From NCBI GenBank assembly GCA_003602475.1, contig QQSC01000016.1:83675-147674 (forward strand): DNA of 64,000 bases, written 5' to 3'. Position numbers and translations under genes: made by a program. A model generated the notes under the pieces. That model did not search any database, had not been told where the DNA came from, and was given only the letters and a program-made list of their open reading frames with translations. How positions within the stretch are numbered: position 1 is the first letter of the stretch; every line of letters begins with the position of its first letter. Positions 48,863 through 55,878 of this stretch are shown in pieces. Source of the stretch: Candidatus Poseidoniales archaeon (GTDB lineage: Archaea > Thermoplasmatota > Poseidoniia > Poseidoniales > Poseidoniaceae).

Positions 48863-51100
48863 ATGAGCGGCGCATCAGCATCCACCCTCACCGTGGCCAA
48901 ACTAAAGGCTCTGTGTGTCTTGAACGACTTGCCAACTTCCGGGCGAAAAGCGGACTTGGTCGAACGCCTGCTTGAAGCGGGTGTTGACCGCCAAACCTTG
49001 GGTCTTGAGGTCATTGATTCGGTGGGCAAAGAGGTCGCTAAAGCGGCTTCAACACGTGAACCAGCTGCGGTTGATTCCACCAACGATGATGGAGAACTCA
49101 TGTTTTCACTTGAAGACGACGATACCCTCACTCCCCTTGCGGCGGAGGCGGTGGATGATTCAAAAGACACCCACAGCGGTGTTGATGTTCACCACGAGTC
49201 TCCTGAAGAGGAGGTCTTGGAGGCCGAATTGTTCCTTGACGAATCCCCAATTGAACCATTGGCGTCTTCAAAGCCGCCGGTCAGTTCCTCGGTTGAACTG
49301 CCCACGGCCGAGTCTTCAGTTCCAGTGCCGGTGCCGTCCAAAACGGCTTCGCCCACCACTCTAGCAGAGATGATTCGCCGTCCGCAATTCGTCGCAATTG
49401 CCCTCACGGTGTTGGTCTTGGGGGCAGGCGGTTGGTACTATCTTAACAATCAACTGGAACCCTTTACCGCCGATTCGCTTCGCTATGGAGACACGATGGG
49501 CTACACGGTAACTGAAGGCGAATTCATGGCTTCTGAAGAATACGTTGAACTCGTCACCGAACAGTTTGAGGATCTCTCGGACTATTGCAAAATCCGGTTG
49601 TTGTTTGCCGGAACCGGCTCAGTATCCATCACCGAAGGCACCTCTGGTGATCTCATCAGTCAACCAACAGAGGATCGTTTAGGTGCCGTTTCTGCACGCG
49701 GCGGTCAAGGGATGTCATGGCTAACGGTTGAGACGGTCAACGCCATGAGTCTCTCCAAGTTCAACATTTACGGACACAACTCAGCGCCCAGCATCGGAGG
49801 GGGTACGTATTGTCCTGACTTTGCTGAGGGCACGGAAGGACGAGCCGATTTGACGGTCACCCGCTGGAATGAACTACGCGAACAAGCCACCTTGGCAACG
49901 CATGTAGATGCCTACCTCCAAAACACACAGGGGACGTACGAGGCAGAAGCCATGACTTACGGCGTTGGTGGCTTATTGGGCGGTTTAGAGGACCTCTCAC
50001 CGGGCTTGGGCATGGTGCTTCAGCCGGTTGAACTTGCCAATTTCTTCGGCGACACGTACATCACGGACGACGCTTCTGGGACGTCATCGGGTTGGGCATG
50101 GCGTGTCATCGGAGCTGAAATGCTCGGCAACACCGAGGTGTGGAAGGTGACCGCCAGTCATCGAGACATACAAGATTTCTGTTTGGGCTACGCCACGATG
50201 AACCTCTGGCTCGAAGCGGACAGTCCATGGGTTGTCCGGCAAACCGTGGACGTGTCCATCAGCAGCAACGAAGCCAACCAGAACAGTTGTTCGGGATGGT
50301 TGGAACGGGGTGTTGAAGCCGTGTTGCCCGAGGGTGAGCTCGAATTGCATCACACCTTTGAGCGAACCTCAAACACCCGAGGAGTCAAATCCATTGAATT
50401 GGGTTTGGCGTACAACAATCGACCGCAAGCCAACGATCTCAACCCTGACGAGGACGAACTTGCAAATTGGGGACCCAACGGGCTCCACCTACCTGACAAT
50501 TCCACGTTGCGCGCTCACCCGCTTGACCAAGCTGTGGACTGCATCGACGGATTTGGCAGCGCTGCCAGTGCGGCGAACGCAGCGTTGGACGATGGAGGTT
50601 ACATCTGGCGAGCGCAGAACAACATGAACGGTTCCACGACGGAATGGAACATCTCCTGGGTGGCGACCGATTCAAGCGCAGGTTGGTTGCTGTTCGGGGT
50701 GAGTGGTGACGACGAGAACGTTGATTGCGAATACCTTAGCAGGGGGGCCTACGACGAATCGGTGACCCACAACCGCGATTCCATCCCAGATGCGCTTCCT
50801 CTTCACAGCATGGTGGAACGGTTGAGGTCGACGCAGCGCTTTCCCCATCTGACCGGTGATGAGGCCTTGTTCAATTCAGGTGGTCTCCACGACACGACCC
50901 GAGTCGGCTATCTCGTGGTGGTCCCTGGCAGCGGTTTAGGCTTTGATCTGTCCGATTTGTTCGACAGCGTCACCGGTGCGACCACCGTTGACGTGCAACG
51001 GTCATGGGACGATCCGACCTGGACCAACACCTTCTCTCTTCTTGCCGATGGTACCGACGGGCGTGTGTTGGGGTGGACTCACGCCAAGCAAGCGAGGTGA
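48863..51100 (+). CDS. membrane protein with N-terminal cytoplasmic SAP motif and large extracellular domain
   Basis: LTVAKLKALCVLNDLPTSGRKADLVERLLEAGV (SAP pattern), an acidic linker, a single TM (FVAIALTVLVLGAGGWYYL, aa ~175-194), then an unrecognised domain of about 550 aa. Confidence 0.7.
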   Translation: MSGASASTLTVAKLKALCVLNDLPTSGRKADLVERLLEAGVDRQTLGLEVIDSVGKEVAKAASTREPAAVDSTNDDGELMFSLEDDDTLTPLAAEAVDDSKDTHSGVDVHHESPEEEVLEAELFLDESPIEPLASSKPPVSSSVELPTAESSVPVPVPSKTASPTTLAEMIRRPQFVAIALTVLVLGAGGWYYLNNQLEPFTADSLRYGDTMGYTVTEGEFMASEEYVELVTEQFEDLSDYCKIRLLFAGTGSVSITEGTSGDLISQPTEDRLGAVSARGGQGMSWLTVETVNAMSLSKFNIYGHNSAPSIGGGTYCPDFAEGTEGRADLTVTRWNELREQATLATHVDAYLQNTQGTYEAEAMTYGVGGLLGGLEDLSPGLGMVLQPVELANFFGDTYITDDASGTSSGWAWRVIGAEMLGNTEVWKVTASHRDIQDFCLGYATMNLWLEADSPWVVRQTVDVSISSNEANQNSCSGWLERGVEAVLPEGELELHHTFERTSNTRGVKSIELGLAYNNRPQANDLNPDEDELANWGPNGLHLPDNSTLRAHPLDQAVDCIDGFGSAASAANAALDDGGYIWRAQNNMNGSTTEWNISWVATDSSAGWLLFGVSGDDENVDCEYLSRGAYDESVTHNRDSIPDALPLHSMVERLRSTQRFPHLTGDEALFNSGGLHDTTRVGYLVVVPGSGLGFDLSDLFDSVTGATTVDVQRSWDDPTWTNTFSLLADGTDGRVLGWTHAKQAR
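48878..48982 (+). other. SAP (SAF-A/B, Acinus, PIAS) DNA-binding motif
   Basis: Matches the SAP consensus L..LkV.ELR.eL..RGL...G.KadLi.RL by eye. Hydrophobic spacing and the invariant Gly-x-Lys are conserved. Confidence 0.6.
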
Positions 51101-51104
51101 TGTC

Positions 51105-51506
51105 ATGAGCGAAGACGAACGTGGCCTGGACCATTTGATGGAACAGAACGAAACCGAGTTGCCATTCCTCTCGGCTTACGGCGGGACGGAAGGCGCCTCT
51201 TCTGTCACCCCAGCGTCCATTCTCGAGGCACTGGTACGGTACCTCAGGGCCGGTGGTGGCGACGTGGTTCAACACGAGGGGGCCGTTGCCTTTGGGTTTG
51301 GACAGGCATCCATCACTGAAAAGGGCTGTCTGGTCGTTGTCGAAGGAGCAGGCTTGCCTTTGGTGGCCAGCGATATGATGGCTGAGGGCTTTGTGAACGG
51401 AACTCTTGCTAAGGATCGCACGCAAGCCTCTGTCGTTCTCACCAATTGGGGGGCAGAGCAACGTCGATTCATCGAGCGGTTGGTTGAGAACGCCCTTCAG
51501 GACTGA
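51105..51506 (+). CDS. hypothetical cytoplasmic protein (133 aa)
   Basis: Track ORF 50943..51506 trimmed to ATG 51105, which is preceded by GAGGTGA 5 nt upstream and lies 4 nt after the SAP-protein stop. No family recognised. Confidence 0.55.
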   Translation: MSEDERGLDHLMEQNETELPFLSAYGGTEGASSVTPASILEALVRYLRAGGGDVVQHEGAVAFGFGQASITEKGCLVVVEGAGLPLVASDMMAEGFVNGTLAKDRTQASVVLTNWGAEQRRFIERLVENALQD

Positions 51507-52123
51507 CCGTTGCGTCGTGAAGCAACAACGGCCAACCCAAGTGTCCCCACCACGGCGACAAGGCCTGCGACGGGGAGGAAACCCTCGCTTTCTGTACCAC
51601 TGCTTGTCGGGACGTTGCATCCGTCACCGTCAGCATGGATGCCTCCGTATGCACCGTCGTCGTAGTAGCAGGTTGACCATGTCTTGTACCAGTCACCTTG
51701 TGGAAAGTTCTCTGTCGTGTCGTTGCTGTAGGTGGCTTCCACACGCCAATTCACGTAGGTGTGGTCAGCAGGTGGCGTGAGGCTGGCGCTGTACATACGC
51801 CCGTCGTCCGACAACACCGCTTCCTGATTCACGGGAGGGTCGCACACACCGTTGTTGAGGCAAATTTGAGTGGTGATGGTGAGGGTTGTTCCGTTTTCAT
51901 GAGCATCTTCGTCGAGGCTGACGCTTAGAGCCCAACTCTCGCTGTCCTGGGACGGCGTGGTACGCTCTTCAATGGAGAACGGGACCTCTGTTTCATCGGG
52001 GTTGACATCCTCCCCACCGGTGACATTCGCTGCGTTGACGGACGATGCGATCATCAGCAGCATCATCAATCCAAAAGACAGCACTTTACCTGACATGGTC
52101 ATCAACTGAGACCGGTGCTTCAT
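51497..52123 (-). CDS. secreted protein with C-terminal FLPxxGL-TM-basic anchor
   Basis: Signal peptide (VLSFGLMMLLMIASSVNA). C-terminus ESEGFLPVAGLVAVVGTLGLAVVASRRNGQS. Confidence 0.6.
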   Translation of the reverse strand: MKHRSQLMTMSGKVLSFGLMMLLMIASSVNAANVTGGEDVNPDETEVPFSIEERTTPSQDSESWALSVSLDEDAHENGTTLTITTQICLNNGVCDPPVNQEAVLSDDGRMYSASLTPPADHTYVNWRVEATYSNDTTENFPQGDWYKTWSTCYYDDGAYGGIHADGDGCNVPTSSGTESEGFLPVAGLVAVVGTLGLAVVASRRNGQS

Positions 52124-52144
52124 GTAACTTACGAAGCGTTGTGT

Positions 52145-52651
52145 TCATTCCATTTCCCAAAGTTCATCTCCAACCCAGTGAAGGGTTTTGATGCCTTTGC
52201 CTTTGATGCCGTTCACCATGTCCGGACCCGTCATTACGGACCATCCCACCGCGAGGGGTTTCTTGTGTGTCATGTCGCGTATCCAAACGAGATCACCGGG
52301 AACGATGCTGTCGTCGGCATCGTGAACGCCTGCGATCATGCAATCTGCGCCGTTCATCAAAAACGGGATTGCGCCGTGATCAACCTCGACCCATTTCTTT
52401 GCTTGAGGTTGTTGAATAAAGCCCCTCAGGGTGAGAAACACGTATCGCTCTCCTTTGTCGTTCACCACTTCAATCACGATGGGGATTTTATCAAGAAACG
52501 CCATCGTCCAAGGACCAAAGTTCGCCATCTCGATGAAGGCCCCGTCCACGTTCAAGTCGATCTCAAGGTCTTGTTCCAACCGTTTGAGCAATGGAGCAAT
52601 GTGCTTTCGCCTGACGGGTCGCCGCTTCTTTACCGTCCAGTCTTGGGCCAC
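52145..52651 (-). CDS. PUA-domain RNA-binding protein (archaeal universal PUA protein / Tma20-like)
   Basis: C-terminal PUA pattern VDHGAIPFLMNGADCMIAGV...VPGDLVWIRD...KPLAVGW. Confidence 0.7.
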   Translation of the reverse strand: MAQDWTVKKRRPVRRKHIAPLLKRLEQDLEIDLNVDGAFIEMANFGPWTMAFLDKIPIVIEVVNDKGERYVFLTLRGFIQQPQAKKWVEVDHGAIPFLMNGADCMIAGVHDADDSIVPGDLVWIRDMTHKKPLAVGWSVMTGPDMVNGIKGKGIKTLHWVGDELWEME

Positions 52652-52725
52652 ATGAGTGGGTGGGTGGTCCGGGATATGAGCCTTGGGAACGGGGCTTTGA
52701 TGAACGAGATGGTGCAGGACGGGGC

Positions 52726-53331
52726 ATGACCATGTGGTGTGCCATACGAACTTTTACCAAGCACGCTCAAGAACTCGGCAATGCACCTGTTGAACAACCC
52801 ATCGTGTTCGTCAAACCATCCAATTGCTTGCACGCAGGCGGCCCGCTTCCGGTTTCTTCGCATCCTGGAGAAATGCACCATGAAGTTGAATGCGTTGTGA
52901 AGTTGGGCCACGACCTCCAACCCGTGGCCTTGGCGGTTGGCCTCGACATGACCGACCGTGCTGCTCAAGGCGCTCTTCGGGCAAAACAATACCCTTGGGC
53001 TAAAGGCAAAACGTTTCGCTCAAGCGCAGTCTTGGGCCCACTTGCTGTGTGGTCGGGGGAATTTGATGCCCTCGTCAATCCCGCAGAAGGGTTCCGTCTC
53101 GTGCTTTGGGTCAACGGCGAGGAACGTCAAAACGCCTTGCTCTCAGAGATGACCGTCACCCCCCAAGCCCAAATGACGGAACTGCTGGAATGGGCTCCGG
53201 TGGAGCCCAGCGACCTGCTGTTCACCGGGACGCCGCAAGGGGTTGGGCAGGTCTTTCCAGGGGACCAGATTCGAGCTCAATTGCTCCGTCAGGACCGTGT
53301 GATGTCAGAAATTGAGGTCCCCTGCGAGTGA
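52726..53331 (+). CDS. fumarylacetoacetate hydrolase (FAH) family protein
   Basis: Track ORF trimmed to ATG 52726. PIVFVKPSN, HHEVECVVKLG, GLDMTDRAAQ, PWAKGKTF and LLFTGTPQGVG form the FAH-family pattern. Confidence 0.75.
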   Translation: MTMWCAIRTFTKHAQELGNAPVEQPIVFVKPSNCLHAGGPLPVSSHPGEMHHEVECVVKLGHDLQPVALAVGLDMTDRAAQGALRAKQYPWAKGKTFRSSAVLGPLAVWSGEFDALVNPAEGFRLVLWVNGEERQNALLSEMTVTPQAQMTELLEWAPVEPSDLLFTGTPQGVGQVFPGDQIRAQLLRQDRVMSEIEVPCE

Positions 53332-53384
53332 GGGTTGCTTTCATATAGCCCGTGCTGGTCGCTGGCGACGCAGGAGGAATTGGT

Positions 53385-53765
53385 ATGGCTCAATGGCACG
53401 GAATTTCACGACGCAAATCATCCGGTGGACGAAAGGTTCAGGCCCGTAGCAAGCGGTCCACAGAAATCTCCACAGAGAAACAATTCGCTCTTGTTGGCGA
53501 CCCCAAGCGCAAGATCTACCGGAAGACCGGTGGCAACATCATGGTCCGTGTAATGGCTGCAAACAAGGTCAGCATTAACGATCCCAAGTCCGGAAAGACC
53601 ACCTTGGGCGATATTCACAGCGTGGTCGAGAACGCCTCCGACCCCAACTACGTCCGACGAAACATCCTCGTGAAGGGTGCCGTCATCGAGACCAGCCAAG
53701 GTCGTGTTCGCATCACCTCCCGTCCAGGTAAGGACGGTGTCATCAACGGCGTGCTCATCGAGTGA
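53385..53765 (+). CDS. rps8e: 30S ribosomal protein S8e
   Basis: MAQWHGISRRKSSGGRKVQARSKR..., with GGAGG 8 nt upstream of ATG 53385. Confidence 0.85.
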   Translation: MAQWHGISRRKSSGGRKVQARSKRSTEISTEKQFALVGDPKRKIYRKTGGNIMVRVMAANKVSINDPKSGKTTLGDIHSVVENASDPNYVRRNILVKGAVIETSQGRVRITSRPGKDGVINGVLIE

Positions 53766-53770
53766 GGCGC

Positions 53771-54217
53771 ATGGACCACAACCCCGACCGATTGTGTGTC
53801 TGGCCGGGATACTTTGACCTCAAAATGTCGCGCCGCTCCGGACGACGTGTTCCAAAGGACTCCGCTGTACTAAAGCCCGACCTTGAGGGCTTGTTCAATG
53901 CTGCCCGAAGCATTGGCTTGCGAAAGGTCAAGCGAGATGAAAACATTTCTCACCCCCGCCGGCCCCATGGCCGTGAAGGTCGATTGTGGGTTTCAGCATC
54001 GGGGGCGAAGGAAGCGATTGGTGCGGGTTCTAAAGAAGAATTGCTTCAACTTCTCGGTGGCGAATGGCGCCAATTGCAACGGGATCGCCGGCAAGCCGAG
54101 CAATCCAAGAATCAACAGGGGCCCAAGACCGGGGACCGCAGGGCGCGTTCTCAACGAAAAACTCCTCAAGGCCAGCGTTCCGGATTCAAAAAGCGATCCG
54201 GGTTCAAAAAACGGTGA
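53771..54217 (+). CDS. srp19: signal recognition particle protein SRP19
   Basis: LCVWPGYFDLKMSRRSGRRVPK is the SRP19 signature. Basic C-terminal tail ending in tandem SGFKKR-SGFKKR. An alternative GTG 53762 overlaps the S8e stop. Confidence 0.8.
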   Translation: MDHNPDRLCVWPGYFDLKMSRRSGRRVPKDSAVLKPDLEGLFNAARSIGLRKVKRDENISHPRRPHGREGRLWVSASGAKEAIGAGSKEELLQLLGGEWRQLQRDRRQAEQSKNQQGPKTGDRRARSQRKTPQGQRSGFKKRSGFKKR

Positions 54218-54260
54218 AGAAAAAACACCTTTTCTTAACCAAAGACCTCACCGTCGGAAC

Positions 54261-54725
54261 ATGCTACGAGCTGCGTTGCTGTTGATGCTGTGCGGTCTCT
54301 TGGCCGGGGATTTAGCGGCTCCAGCCGCCGAAGAACCCGAGACGGTGGTCGTGTCGGTTGACAGCACGAGTCTCCGCTTTTCGCCCAGCAGCATCGAGGT
54401 CAGCGAAGGCGACACGGTCCGGTTTTTCTGGAGCGATCAGGCCCTGGCACACAACGCTGTTGCTGACGATGGACTCTTCGATTCGGGCGACCCCGAACGA
54501 ACCGTTGACTATTCCTTCACCTTTGAACGGGGCATGAACGGCACATACACTTACGTCTGCGAACCCCACGAAGGGTTGGGTATGGTTGGTGAGATTGTGG
54601 TCACCGCTCTTCCCCCTGAAACACCACCGGTTGAACCCACCGTGTCCGAAGACACTCCGTTTCTACCGTTTGTTGGTCTGCTGGTCGCAGCGTTGGCTGC
54701 CGTGGTCGTTCGCCCTCAGTCTTGA
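54261..54725 (+). CDS. plastocyanin/halocyanin-like type-1 blue copper protein with C-terminal FLPxxGL anchor
   Basis: Track ORF 53883..54725 trimmed to ATG 54261 (MLRAALLLMLCGLLAG signal). Copper ligands AHNAV ... YVCEPHEGLGMVGEIVV (C-x2-H-x4-M, nearly identical to the plastocyanin CEPHQGAGMVG). C-terminus TPFLPFVGLLVAALAAVVVRPQS. Confidence 0.8.
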   Translation: MLRAALLLMLCGLLAGDLAAPAAEEPETVVVSVDSTSLRFSPSSIEVSEGDTVRFFWSDQALAHNAVADDGLFDSGDPERTVDYSFTFERGMNGTYTYVCEPHEGLGMVGEIVVTALPPETPPVEPTVSEDTPFLPFVGLLVAALAAVVVRPQS

Positions 54726-55738
54726 GGAAGCGGATGAATCCACCCAAAGTTGTCTTCTTCGGTTTCGTTTTGCAATCCGGTGAGTGCGTCATACAGTTGG
54801 GTGGTAATGGTCCCGGGTTTACCGTCACCGTAGACGACCTTGGTGCCTTCGTGCGTGATGCTCCCAATGGGCGAAATGACGGCGGCAGTACCGCAGCAGA
54901 AGGCTTCGTCGGCTTCGAGCGCCGATGCAACATCCACCTTTCCTTCCACGACGTCGTAGCCCAAGGAACCGGCCATTTCGATGATTGAATCGCGGGTGAT
55001 GCCCGGCAGGATGGTGCCGGTAAGTTCGGGCGTGTACAACACGCTGTTCTTCACGCAGAAGAAGTTCGCAGCCCCGACCTCTTCGATGTGCGAATGTGTT
55101 TCAGCATCAAGATAAATCACCTCAGCGTACCCTTCGGCCTTGGCTTCCTTGCTCGGTTTCATTCCCGGCGCATAGTTGCCGATGGCCTTCACGCCCCCCG
55201 ATCCTCCGGGTGCAGCACGATGGTGATGGTCGGAAATAAGCAGGTCGATGGCAGACATGCCGCCTTTGAAATAGGGCCCAACGGGGGTGACGTAAATCAA
55301 GAACGTGTAGGAGGGTGCAGGAGAGACCCCCAACACGGGACCGGACCCCATCAAGAGAGGACGAATGTAGAGGGCTCCCTTGCCCATGGGGGGGACCCAA
55401 TGACGGTTGGCGTTGACCACCTGTTCTACGGCGTCGACAAAAATCGACTCTGGCACGGGTGGCATCTTCAAACGGTCAGCACCCCGTTGCATTCGTCGAG
55501 CGTTCTCTTCTGGTCGGAAACACACGATTCGTCCTTTTGATGTGGTGTAGGCCTTCATGCCCTCAAACAAACCCTGTCCGTAGTTCAGCACTCCTGCAGC
55601 AGGGGACATGGGGATGTCGCCGTAGGGCTGCAGGTTCCCAGGGGTCCACGGTGCACCGTCCAGTGTGGTCGTGATGTACATCGTATCGGTTGGCGTCAGC
55701 GAAAACGTCAGGCTGTCCCAATCCACTGGTTGATTCAT
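54716..55738 (-). CDS. ilvE: branched-chain amino acid aminotransferase (class IV)
   Basis: VLNYGQGLFEGMKAY, IRPLLMGSGPVLGV, GGVKAIGNYA and LPGITRDSIIE form the IlvE pattern. Confidence 0.9.
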   Translation of the reverse strand: MNQPVDWDSLTFSLTPTDTMYITTTLDGAPWTPGNLQPYGDIPMSPAAGVLNYGQGLFEGMKAYTTSKGRIVCFRPEENARRMQRGADRLKMPPVPESIFVDAVEQVVNANRHWVPPMGKGALYIRPLLMGSGPVLGVSPAPSYTFLIYVTPVGPYFKGGMSAIDLLISDHHHRAAPGGSGGVKAIGNYAPGMKPSKEAKAEGYAEVIYLDAETHSHIEEVGAANFFCVKNSVLYTPELTGTILPGITRDSIIEMAGSLGYDVVEGKVDVASALEADEAFCCGTAAVISPIGSITHEGTKVVYGDGKPGTITTQLYDALTGLQNETEEDNFGWIHPLPQD

Positions 55739-55878
55739 GCTGCTCTCCCAGTTGCCAAAGGGGTGGCCTTGGCTTTCAATGGTTGCTGTGGGTTTCCATG
55801 GTCTTCAACCCCCCCACAGATGGGTTCTAATGGGGTCGTCAGTTGACAACATTCGGAGGCTTCACGTTGGAGGGGAGA

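Noticed and set aside
54179-54214. Tandem 18-nt repeat encoding SGFKKR-SGFKKR at the SRP19 C-terminus
   Set aside because: It is only a two-copy in-frame duplication within a basic tail, with no evidence of a separate element.
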